Origin: an uncultured virus (IMG/VR IMGVR_UViG_3300042336_000257)
Lineage: Duplodnaviria > Heunggongvirae > Uroviricota > Caudoviricetes
Virus record (IMG/VR): IMGVR_UViG_3300042336_000257
Location: 1-64,000 of that record
DNA: 64,000 nucleotides
Direction: 5' to 3' (one strand)
Shown piece by piece: positions 47,876-57,039 of the stretch. Under the pieces are notes generated by a model. The model made no database searches and was not told the DNA's origin. It worked only from the letters and a program-made list of their open reading frames with translations. How positions within the stretch are numbered: the first letter of the stretch is position 1; every line of letters starts with the position of its first letter. The translations under genes and the position numbers were made by a program.

Positions 47876-48049
47876 TTATGATGCCTCGTTGTTTAACTCA
47901 GTGTGTATTCGTATGAGGTCATCATCCACAGGTATCATAACCGCTGCTTGCCCATTCTCGTTAATTATACCTAAATGCTCTCCATTTTCAACTCGTTCCA
48001 TCAGTTCATCAAACCTCTCTTGAAACTCTTCCACAGTGAAAACTTCCAT
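47876..48049 (-). CDS. Phd/YefM antitoxin-like small protein (57 aa)
   Basis: Manual translation MEVFTVEEFQERFDELMERVENGEHLGIINENGQAAVMIP. Confidence 0.55.
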   Translation of the reverse strand: MEVFTVEEFQERFDELMERVENGEHLGIINENGQAAVMIPVDDDLIRIHTELNNEAS

Positions 48050-48063
48050 TTTTGTGTTTTTAT

Positions 48064-48273
48064 TTAGTTGTTATCCTGACCATAAATTGCCAGGTCAGCA
48101 TACTCAATCTGCTCAGGGTCAAGTTGAGCGGTGACAACTTCCAACACGTTCATAAACTCTTGAACAGTCTCACACTCCACCAGACGCTCACTACCCTGGT
48201 CGCTGAGAAGAAGGAAGGTGCGGGTGCAGACATCAATCACAATGCCTTGAACGGTCTCTTGTGCAATGCTCAT
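48064..48273 (-). CDS. conserved cyanophage hypothetical protein
   Basis: ORF track; upstream TTGACA-N17-TATAAT (48327-48299) plus palindrome half-site. Confidence 0.65.
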   Translation of the reverse strand: MSIAQETVQGIVIDVCTRTFLLLSDQGSERLVECETVQEFMNVLEVVTAQLDPEQIEYADLAIYGQDNN

Positions 48274-48348
48274 TTGGTGTTCCGTTGATTACCCCCATAT
48301 TATAGGGCAGATGGGGGCGGGTGTCAAGTGTGCCAGTTTAAAAAGTGG

Positions 48349-48894
48349 TTACAGATCTAAAAGAACTCTTAAATCTTCTACAGTCAGACCAAGATTTCTC
48401 AGTTTTTCTTGAGGAGTAACTGGATTTGCTTCAACAACAGACCAACCAGACTCAGAACTTTCTGATGCTGCAGAAATAGTATCTCCAGTTTCAGCATTCC
48501 AAACTAAAGTATAATTTTCTGTATGAAATGGTGGTGGAGTTCTAGTTGCATTTTCTGGAGCAACTACTGGATTTGGATTGGCGATAACTGTTCCCAGAGT
48601 ATCTGGATTTGTTGAATAATACATTCCACTCAGGTCATCAACCTGATTCCAGACTTGATTTTCTTCATCAAAAACTCGAACTTTACCCAATTCTGGTTCA
48701 GGAGCTTCAATACATGTGGAATGTGCTGGAGCAAGATACATATTATGCTCTAGTGGGTCCTTTTTAGCTTCAGTTTTTGATATGAAAAATTTAAAATCAG
48801 CATCATAATTATAAATTGGGCAACTGTTTGCATAGGGCAAATCAAAAATATGCTCAACACCATCTGCGGTTCTACATGTGACAGTATAAGACAT
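48349..48894 (-). CDS. tail fibre assembly chaperone-like protein
   Basis: PAHST.IEAP......VFDE....W..V.D resembles lambda Tfa family; follows tail-collar fibre gene. Confidence 0.65.
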   Translation of the reverse strand: MSYTVTCRTADGVEHIFDLPYANSCPIYNYDADFKFFISKTEAKKDPLEHNMYLAPAHSTCIEAPEPELGKVRVFDEENQVWNQVDDLSGMYYSTNPDTLGTVIANPNPVVAPENATRTPPPFHTENYTLVWNAETGDTISAASESSESGWSVVEANPVTPQEKLRNLGLTVEDLRVLLDL

Positions 48895-48925
48895 CTTTAA
48901 TATAAAATAGTATCTTTACGATTAT

Positions 48926-51541
48926 TTATGTCTTTATACAGGGTAGTAACGCATAGTTTCTTGGTCTTGTTTCATTACCAAAGTTACCGCCATTTGTAGC
49001 ATTGGGAGATCCACTCTCAATATTTGTTAGTGTTCCTGTCAATGTCGCAGTTCTTGGAATAGCATTAGTTCCACTATTGCTATACGTTGGAATATTATGA
49101 GTGTGAGTTTGATATTGGTGATCTTGGAAACTAGCAAAAGTACGACCAGTATCAACAGATGAAGTATTTGCCCAACCTCTGATGAAATTTCCTCTTAAAT
49201 CTGGAATATTAAAAGTGCTCACTCCGTTTCCCGCACCCCAGGTTGTTCCAATAGCAGTAAAGAGAACATTATAAAGTCCTCTAGAAACAGCAGATCCGTC
49301 ACACTCCAAATATCCACTTGGAGCAGTGTTTTTTGCAAACCAAAGAACAACTCCAGCGGCGACTGTTCCAGACCCAGCTTCTGTACCTTGAATACCTTGA
49401 ATGCCCTGGATACCTTGAATACCTTGACCACCAACGAATCCACTAATTCCCTGGTTTCCTTGCAAACCCTGAACACCCTGAGGTCCAATATTACCCTGAA
49501 TACCTTGGTTTCCAGTTCCATTAATACCCTGGATGCCTTGCTCACCCTGGATACCTTGAATTCCCTGGATACCTTGAGAACCTAGGTCACCTCTAATTCC
49601 TTGGACACCTTGACGACCTTGAATACCCTGAGTTCCCTGAGATCCTACACCATTGTCACCTTGAATACCTTGGCGACCTTGAATACCTTGCTCACCTTGA
49701 AGTCCTTGAGCCCCTTGATTTCCATTATTACCTTGGATACCCTGACGACCTTGAATACCTTGAATACCTTGGAGACCCTGAACACCCTGAACACCCTGGA
49801 GACCTTGTTCCCCCTGGACTCCCTGAAGACCCTGGTTACCTTGTGGTCCAAAGTCTCCCTGAATACCCTGCAAACCTTGCCCACCAGTTCCACCAGTAGC
49901 ACCTCCAGTTCCCTGGAAACCTTGAATACCTTGTCTTCCTTGGTTACCCTGCGCTCCAGTTTCACCTTGAACACCTTGGCGTCCTTGAATACCTTGCTCA
50001 CCCTGGATACCTTGAACACCCTGGATTCCCTGACGACCCTGAACACCTTGATATCCCTGAATACCTTGAATACCCTGGATACCTTGAATACCTTGATTAC
50101 CAGCACCACCTATCTGTCCGCTGATGCCTTGAATACCTTGAGCGCCTTGAGCACCGTCATTACCCTGAATACCTTGACGACCTTGAATACCTTGGTTACC
50201 TTGGTTACCTTGGAAACCTTGAAGACCTTGGTTTCCTTGAGGTCCTTGAGCACCTTGAGTTCCTGGACCACCACCAATACCTTGAAGACCTTGGAATCCT
50301 TGGAATCCTTGGAATCCTTGTGGTCCCGCTGTTCCCTGAGTTCCTTGACGACCCTGAGAACCCTGAACACCTTGGTTTCCTTGAATACCTTGGACACCCT
50401 GGAAAGATGCATCATTAATACTGATTTTCTTTACATCATCCGCAGAAAAATCATAAACTAGTAATAAATCTTGAAGTCCATCAGCACCAGTAATGAGTTG
50501 TTGCTCAGTAATTGCTTTTTTACTTACTCTTCCATCAAACAAAGTCGCCGTAATAATTCCAGAAGAAAATGTGTTTCCATAGATGGAAAAGTCTGCTCCA
50601 ACTCCTAAGGTTGAAGTTCCAATACCAACTTTGCGGAAGGTTGAAATTCCAAGGAATGTAGAAACACCTGTTACTAACAATTCTTTGATTGTAACTGGTC
50701 CAGCAAATCCAGAACTACCTACAACGTCAAAAACAAATCTTGGAGTTGTTGAACCTAGACCAACTCTTTGATTTGTATAATCATACCAAAAATTAGTTGC
50801 ACCATCTACTAATCCAGCAGTTCCATGAAACTGAATTTGTCCGATTGTACCACCAGCACCAGATAGTGTTGCAGATTGAGATTGCCATTCAATACCAGTG
50901 ATTGTCCTAATTAAAACCTCTCCTGGATTTCCTGGGTCATTGGTTGAGTCATAAATTGTTCCAGAAACTCTTACATCACCTTGAACGTGCAACTCCTGTG
51001 ATGGGCTGGGAGTATTAATTCCAACATATCCCTCGGCAGTTGTCTTAATGATTGTTCCACCAATACCAACATGGAAGTAATGCCCGATGGTCATTATTCC
51101 AGTTACATTGTCAAAAAGCAAATATGGAGAAGCAGCAAAGGATCCATCATTATTAAAGATTATCTCATTATCATTCCCTGGAGGACTAATTGTAATTGTA
51201 GAAATTGTCCCGAAGTTATTTGCAGTTACATTGACAATATTTCCGACAAAATTTAACTTATTAATACTATTTCCTGTACCAACAATCGATCCTTCTTCAA
51301 AAACTGAAATACCTGTAACAATTCCAGCAGGAGGAACTTGCCAATATCTATCATATTGACCGCCATTTTCAAAAGTTACAAGATTATAATAGTAATCCTT
51401 TACAGGCAAAGCCCTCTCACCTGGATATCCAAGATTGGGTTCTGCCTCTTCTGGACTAAGAAATACGTGTCTATCTGTACTTAATCCAGAGAAGGGTGTT
51501 AATTTTTGCTTCCCGCTTAAATATCTTTGCTTATTCCCCAT
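48926..51541 (-). CDS. collagen-like tail fibre with C-terminal tail-collar domain
   Basis: Long Gly-X-Gln repeat; G.VLWFA...PSGYLECDG..VSR..Y..LF..IGTTWG.G.G..TFNIPDLRG.FIRGW; ETRPRN.ALL.CIK. Confidence 0.9.
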   Translation of the reverse strand: MGNKQRYLSGKQKLTPFSGLSTDRHVFLSPEEAEPNLGYPGERALPVKDYYYNLVTFENGGQYDRYWQVPPAGIVTGISVFEEGSIVGTGNSINKLNFVGNIVNVTANNFGTISTITISPPGNDNEIIFNNDGSFAASPYLLFDNVTGIMTIGHYFHVGIGGTIIKTTAEGYVGINTPSPSQELHVQGDVRVSGTIYDSTNDPGNPGEVLIRTITGIEWQSQSATLSGAGGTIGQIQFHGTAGLVDGATNFWYDYTNQRVGLGSTTPRFVFDVVGSSGFAGPVTIKELLVTGVSTFLGISTFRKVGIGTSTLGVGADFSIYGNTFSSGIITATLFDGRVSKKAITEQQLITGADGLQDLLLVYDFSADDVKKISINDASFQGVQGIQGNQGVQGSQGRQGTQGTAGPQGFQGFQGFQGLQGIGGGPGTQGAQGPQGNQGLQGFQGNQGNQGIQGRQGIQGNDGAQGAQGIQGISGQIGGAGNQGIQGIQGIQGIQGYQGVQGRQGIQGVQGIQGEQGIQGRQGVQGETGAQGNQGRQGIQGFQGTGGATGGTGGQGLQGIQGDFGPQGNQGLQGVQGEQGLQGVQGVQGLQGIQGIQGRQGIQGNNGNQGAQGLQGEQGIQGRQGIQGDNGVGSQGTQGIQGRQGVQGIRGDLGSQGIQGIQGIQGEQGIQGINGTGNQGIQGNIGPQGVQGLQGNQGISGFVGGQGIQGIQGIQGIQGTEAGSGTVAAGVVLWFAKNTAPSGYLECDGSAVSRGLYNVLFTAIGTTWGAGNGVSTFNIPDLRGNFIRGWANTSSVDTGRTFASFQDHQYQTHTHNIPTYSNSGTNAIPRTATLTGTLTNIESGSPNATNGGNFGNETRPRNYALLPCIKT
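49385..50402. repeat. 9-bp-period collagen-coding repeat (e.g. CAAGGTATT on minus strand)
   Basis: About 1 kb of imperfect CCTTGAATA-type repeats on plus strand. Confidence 0.95.
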
Positions 51542-51543
51542 AA

Positions 51544-52206
51544 TTATGATGTACTATTCTCTAGGATACTTGCAATAAATTCCATTTGAAGTGGGGCAAC
51601 CAATCCACCACTAACATATGTATGTACGATTCCATTAGCACTTCCTACTGTAGTGGTAAATGTTCTAGAAGTACCAACACTATTCACAATACTATCAACG
51701 ACAAATGATGATTGGGGGGATGGGAAAATTGTTGTAGTGATTCCAGACCCTGAAGGGCATGTCATAGCAATACCTGACATGGTAATTGGGTCATTTGGAG
51801 AGAACCCATGAGGAGTTAGTGTAGTAACCGTTGCAACTCCTGTAGGTTCGTAGTACTGAACATTTGTAATTGTTACAATTCCAGTTTGAACTGCATTAAT
51901 GTAAAGTGAATCTAGTTTAATTGCGTCTTTTTCTAAAACTAGACGACCATCAACCAAAACAACTGCATCATTTGGAGGAATTTGAATATCTTTAATGATA
52001 CGAATATCTCTCGTGTTACCTGTGCTTCTTGATTCTCGACGATGCCAGAAAGTTACGGTTGGATATGTTGCACCAATACCAACATTCGAAACTTGAGCAA
52101 ACAAAAGAATGGAAGAAACTCCAGTTGGAACTTCATATAACTTTTGAGTCCCTGGAGCAACAGGAACTGCAACTGTTAAAAACTTATTGACTGGTGCGAC
52201 TGCCAT
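51544..52206 (-). CDS. virion structural protein
   Basis: LYEVPTGVSSILLFAQVSN..IPPNDA....GRLVLE pattern; within tail operon. Confidence 0.7.
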   Translation of the reverse strand: MAVAPVNKFLTVAVPVAPGTQKLYEVPTGVSSILLFAQVSNVGIGATYPTVTFWHRRESRSTGNTRDIRIIKDIQIPPNDAVVLVDGRLVLEKDAIKLDSLYINAVQTGIVTITNVQYYEPTGVATVTTLTPHGFSPNDPITMSGIAMTCPSGSGITTTIFPSPQSSFVVDSIVNSVGTSRTFTTTVGSANGIVHTYVSGGLVAPLQMEFIASILENSTS

Positions 52207-52207
52207 A

Positions 52208-55200
52208 TTATCTTAACGCTAGAATGAGTGGGGTAACTTCTGCTTGAATTGCTCTACTAAAATCTCGACCTCTAATTGTTGATGTTGTTTGGTCAATTGT
52301 GATTCCTTCACCAATTTTAAAGTTTCCTGCCTGGTCAGTACTCGTAAATGGTATTCTTGCACCATTAATAGCTACGATTTCATTCTCAGGTATTGGAATT
52401 CCACCTTGGAATGGGTTCGCTCTATTTATGTTAACACCTGTACCAATATATTCAAATGAGTGAGTACTTGTTAAAATTCTGCTAATTCTAAAAGTTTCAA
52501 TTGAAGTGCCAGCACCAATACTGTAGGGAACAAACTGACTCAAAGTAATTGTTGTAATCCCACTAACTGGTATTGGTTCTGTTGCTTCGGCAACATCATA
52601 GAAAATTGGTTCACTAATTGCAGTTGCAATTGCTCCTCCTCCACCACCAATTGTAATTACAATTTCTTGATTTGGTAGATAATTTCTACCACTGTTTGTA
52701 ACATCAATTGAAGTTATTGTACCTGCAGCACTTACGTTTGCACTACCTTCAGCAGTAATTCCTTCTGGACCAAGAGGCGAAGAAATCGTAATAGCTGGTG
52801 GAGAAGCTGGAGTGTATCCACTTCCTCCATTGAGAATACCAATTCGAGAAAGTGTTCTTAATGGCGCAGTAATAATTCCAGTTGCAGGGGTATCGTTATA
52901 ATCATCAAGATTAATCTTGAAGAAAATTGCTTGTCCATTATATGGTCTTCTAGTATTTCCTAAGGTATCAGCAATACCAGCGACTACAAATTGGTCAGTA
53001 TCTCCACCAATTGTTGATACTGTTGTAACTCCAACGAAATCTAATGAACCGACACCATCCGCATAAAGTCCGTATATACCAAATGATGAGTTAGAGTTTG
53101 TAAGGTCACATGCACCGCCACTTGCTGCATAAATTGCAATCTTACAGTTAATTGTAAAGATGGAAACCAACTGTGCATATCCATTATTAGTGATTGAAAC
53201 TCCAATACCATTTTCATTATATTGCGTAAAGGAGTCACAAACCATACACTTGAGGTCTTGTCCTGGATTATTGACTCCAGTAAATGCTGCACCAACATGC
53301 TTCCCATCAATCTTCATGCCAATACTATCGGTCATGAAGTTAGTGCAGTTACGGATATATGGGGACCTCCATCTTCCGCTTGGACCTTCGTTACATGGTC
53401 CTGGATCTAAGAATCCAGACCTTGCACTTGCAATACCTGCTGGTGGTGGGAATGCTACAGCAGCACCTCTAATTGTCAATGGAGCATTATCATCAAAAGG
53501 ATCTGGAGCATAAGCAAAGTTGATGTTCTCAATTAAACATCCTCTTCTTACATAGAAAACATCATCATCATGTTGTGGATAGATGGTAACAAGACGTAAA
53601 TCCTGCCCACTAACACTTACATCTGTTCTAAGACCAATAGGATTGTTCTCAGCATAAACTCCAGAACGAATATAAATTGTATCTCCTGGGTTTGCTACTG
53701 CTGCTGCAGCACCAATGGTTAGTTTGGCATCACCCTCGGTTCTTCCGCTATTTTCATCATTACCATACTTCGAAACATATACAATATTCTTCGAATCTGC
53801 ACCTCTAGGAGCCCAAAAGACTCTACCATTTGGATAAGTAACTTTTGGAGAAGCAGCAGGACCAACACCAATAATTGTTGTAACGATTCCAGCACAAACA
53901 TTAATTGCAGAAACAACGTTTGCACACCCATCAGGATCACTATTACTACCTCTTTGAGAATCTGGTAGAAGAGAGAAGTCCCTGATTTGTGGAAAAGGTA
54001 TTGTATAAGAAAGGGTTCTTGTTGCTGGTAGTTGAGTATTTCCAATACCAGTTGTAACTATTCCAATAAATGATGTAATAGCAGATGCCTGACTTGCACA
54101 AGTTGGTGATATTGGATCTGGTAATACGGAACCATCAATATACTGAGTAAATGTATTTCTTATGCCAGATATTTTGGTAACAACTTGATTTCTCATTACC
54201 TGAATAGCAACATCTCTTGCTTGTTGATAAGCATAGATTGATTGCTCTTGCTCACCTGCTAATAATCCTGCATTATCAATATAGTATTTGGTTGCGTCAT
54301 AAACTCTTTCATTACCACCATATGACAAGTTATATGCAATAGCATCTAAAATTAACTTGATATCATCAATGCAACTTTGATTACTATTTGGTATGCTAAA
54401 CAGAGGATAATTATTTAAAACTCTATCAACTGCTTCTGCCGCAATAAAATCTTTGTTTAAGAAAATCAAACGAGAAGCATCGGCATATGTTCCATTGATG
54501 GGCTCCATCTGATAAGATAGAGGATACAAGGAATTATTAATGACATATCTAGAAATTTCCGCTGCTTTTTGAATTGCAGTAATAGATGCTTCTTTAATTG
54601 AATATCCATTCACATCAGTCCCAGTGATATGAATTAATGTATTGCCATTATAATATGATAATCCAGCACCAACCGATCTAGAATTACCACCTCTAGTAAT
54701 GTCAAAACAAATGGACCTTAGAATATCTTTGATGTCATCTCGACAAGAACTATAATTAGAAGTTGATAGTGAAAATGGGGGGTCTTTGTATGAAGTGCTT
54801 GTTATGAATCCAACTGCTTCTCCAGCAAGATACTCTAGATTCAAGCGAATCATATTCGCAGCATCAAAGAATCTAGCAGGAATAACTTGCCCTGTAGTTC
54901 CAACACCAACTTGTGTTAATACACTTCTGAAGACTCTGTATTCATCAGTTGTATTTTCAGATGTGAATCCTACTTGATTATTTGCATCATATATTGCACC
55001 TTGATTGAAGTATATGTCTTTTCTAAAAAGATCGACATCGCGTGATGGATCTGCAGTTCCTATACCAATTGAACCGATTCCAGTTGTTGTAAATACTGTT
55101 CCACCAGCACCAACACCTAACGTTGTCTGTAAAGTTGTTGCATCATCTACATTTAGTGTTGAATCAAACTGAACTGCATCAACAACATCTAAAGTAGATT

Positions 55201-56431
55201 GCAGATCTGTTGCACCTGTTACATCTAATGTGTCTAATAAATTAGTTGCACCAGTTACTTCTAAGGTATCAAACAATTCAACAGACTGAAGCACGTCCAA
55301 TGTGCTGAGTAAAGTTGCTGCTGCACCAACTTGTAAAGTTCCAAATAAAGTTGTACCAGCACCAACAAATAAGAATTTTTGTATGGATACTCCAGCTCCA
55401 ACAAAAACATTATTTTGGAACGTCGAGACTCCAATAACTCTAAAACTACCTGCCATCGTGGCAGCAGCACCAACGTATAATTGATTATCAATTTCTAAGT
55501 TTTCTTCTACAAGAACATTTTTTTCAAAAGTTACATCATCTTTAAATGTAACAATTTGTTCAAATGTTGCTACTCCAACTACACTTAATGGACTTAAGAT
55601 AGTAGATCCAGAACCTATAACATCAAATCCATCATAAAATACACTTCTTTCAAAGAAAGTAGAAACTCCAGATACAGTTAATCTACCATTTAATTTAGTA
55701 TCACCAGTTACTTCTAATTGATTTTGTGGGTTGGTAAGACCTATGCCAACATATGCTGAAGTATTAAGTCCAGCAGGTCTCTTTTCCCAAAAATCTTTAA
55801 TAACAATATCAGCAATATTGGGGTTATCTACATTAACTTTACCCTCTACCAATTCAAAAAGACTTCCACCAGAATTAGTGATAAAGTTTAATCCACGGAA
55901 TGATGATGGTCCAACTAGAACGCCTTCATTATAAACAAAGATACCTTCAGTAAAAGATGGTTCAAATTCTACCCATTTAATTCCTTCAGCATCTTTTGAT
56001 AAGAATCCACCAATAACACCAGGACTATTAGAAGCATCATAAAGATTTCCATCAATTCTAGCATTACCAATAATATCTAGATTTTGAGTTGGGGCTGTTG
56101 TGCCTATTCCAACCCAACCAGCATAGGGTCCATAAGTTACAACATTAAAAACATTATCTCCTGGATTATTTCCAATATAAAATTCTTCAGTAACTGTTAG
56201 AATTCCAACTTGAAGTTGTTCTAGTTCTTGTTGAATATCAACAGGACCAGCAAAAGTTGTTATGCCAGAGAAAAATGCATTTCCAGTAATTGAAATGTCA
56301 CCGAAAGTTTCTGTTGCTCCTGCTTCAAAATCATAATAAATTTTGCCATAGACGTATAAGTCCTTATACATCTTGACATCTTCATTAAAGATAGATGGTT
56401 TTCCAATAATTGAAAAATCTTCTCCTTCCAT
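52208..56431 (-). CDS. large virion/tail protein with fibre repeats, two phycobiliprotein-like helical domains and a beta-helix-like C-terminal region
   Basis: VYVSK.G.D...G......LTI..A, SPYIRNCTNF, DSFTQYN..G.G....N.GYAQLVS.FTI motifs; see findings for helical domains. Confidence 0.8.
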   Translation of the reverse strand: MEGEDFSIIGKPSIFNEDVKMYKDLYVYGKIYYDFEAGATETFGDISITGNAFFSGITTFAGPVDIQQELEQLQVGILTVTEEFYIGNNPGDNVFNVVTYGPYAGWVGIGTTAPTQNLDIIGNARIDGNLYDASNSPGVIGGFLSKDAEGIKWVEFEPSFTEGIFVYNEGVLVGPSSFRGLNFITNSGGSLFELVEGKVNVDNPNIADIVIKDFWEKRPAGLNTSAYVGIGLTNPQNQLEVTGDTKLNGRLTVSGVSTFFERSVFYDGFDVIGSGSTILSPLSVVGVATFEQIVTFKDDVTFEKNVLVEENLEIDNQLYVGAAATMAGSFRVIGVSTFQNNVFVGAGVSIQKFLFVGAGTTLFGTLQVGAAATLLSTLDVLQSVELFDTLEVTGATNLLDTLDVTGATDLQSTLDVVDAVQFDSTLNVDDATTLQTTLGVGAGGTVFTTTGIGSIGIGTADPSRDVDLFRKDIYFNQGAIYDANNQVGFTSENTTDEYRVFRSVLTQVGVGTTGQVIPARFFDAANMIRLNLEYLAGEAVGFITSTSYKDPPFSLSTSNYSSCRDDIKDILRSICFDITRGGNSRSVGAGLSYYNGNTLIHITGTDVNGYSIKEASITAIQKAAEISRYVINNSLYPLSYQMEPINGTYADASRLIFLNKDFIAAEAVDRVLNNYPLFSIPNSNQSCIDDIKLILDAIAYNLSYGGNERVYDATKYYIDNAGLLAGEQEQSIYAYQQARDVAIQVMRNQVVTKISGIRNTFTQYIDGSVLPDPISPTCASQASAITSFIGIVTTGIGNTQLPATRTLSYTIPFPQIRDFSLLPDSQRGSNSDPDGCANVVSAINVCAGIVTTIIGVGPAASPKVTYPNGRVFWAPRGADSKNIVYVSKYGNDENSGRTEGDAKLTIGAAAAVANPGDTIYIRSGVYAENNPIGLRTDVSVSGQDLRLVTIYPQHDDDVFYVRRGCLIENINFAYAPDPFDDNAPLTIRGAAVAFPPPAGIASARSGFLDPGPCNEGPSGRWRSPYIRNCTNFMTDSIGMKIDGKHVGAAFTGVNNPGQDLKCMVCDSFTQYNENGIGVSITNNGYAQLVSIFTINCKIAIYAASGGACDLTNSNSSFGIYGLYADGVGSLDFVGVTTVSTIGGDTDQFVVAGIADTLGNTRRPYNGQAIFFKINLDDYNDTPATGIITAPLRTLSRIGILNGGSGYTPASPPAITISSPLGPEGITAEGSANVSAAGTITSIDVTNSGRNYLPNQEIVITIGGGGGAIATAISEPIFYDVAEATEPIPVSGITTITLSQFVPYSIGAGTSIETFRISRILTSTHSFEYIGTGVNINRANPFQGGIPIPENEIVAINGARIPFTSTDQAGNFKIGEGITIDQTTSTIRGRDFSRAIQAEVTPLILALR

Positions 56432-56441
56432 CTACTTTACC

Positions 56442-57038
56442 TCAATTTCCATTGAAAGAGTCTTTTGCAGCATTAAAAAGAAATACTGCTGCCCCACCAA
56501 GAATTCCTGCTAAAACATCTGCCCCAACGAAACTACCAGCGAAGACTTGATTACAAAAATCAATTTTCAATCCTTCAGCAAGATTTCCCTGTTTTGCATT
56601 CAGATTAACTTCATTACCATCAAGCAGTGTTTGACCACCAACTGATTTTAGTGTTAGGTTTCTTCCCGCTTTAATGTCAATATCTTCGGTTGCTTCAAGA
56701 GTTATATTTGTTGCTTTAATTCTTACCGCACCATTTCCATCTGCTTGAATTACAACTTCACCAGTTTTAGATGCAATTAAAACGTCTTGACCTTTAGAAC
56801 TTTCATTACCATCTCCACCAACTATTTCAATCGTTCTATCATTATAAATTGAAAACGTGCCATCCTGTGCAAGGGAAATAGAAGACTTATCTTTATTATC
56901 TGTTGTAGAGTAAATTAGATAACTTAAATTTCCCTTATTTCCCATTCTAGGATTGTTTGCGTCAATCCTAAACTTTGGTCCAAGACTAATGTGTCTTCTT
57001 GCTTCCCAGTTACACTTTTGGGCGGGTCTTTCTGCCAT
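56442..57038 (-). CDS. baseplate spike-associated protein (gp5 C-terminal-like)
   Basis: Beta-strand repeats (IKATNITLEATEDIDIKAGRNLTL) directly downstream of gp5. Confidence 0.55.
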   Translation of the reverse strand: MAERPAQKCNWEARRHISLGPKFRIDANNPRMGNKGNLSYLIYSTTDNKDKSSISLAQDGTFSIYNDRTIEIVGGDGNESSKGQDVLIASKTGEVVIQADGNGAVRIKATNITLEATEDIDIKAGRNLTLKSVGGQTLLDGNEVNLNAKQGNLAEGLKIDFCNQVFAGSFVGADVLAGILGGAAVFLFNAAKDSFNGN

Positions 57039-57039
57039 G

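Noticed and set aside
49601..50461. Plus-strand LNT/LDT-repeat ORF and alternative-frame minus ORFs
   Set aside because: Frame artefacts of the collagen repeat.
39259..56431. Diversity-generating retroelement acting on tail fibres
   Set aside because: No reverse transcriptase and no adenine-variant TR/VR repeat pair were seen.
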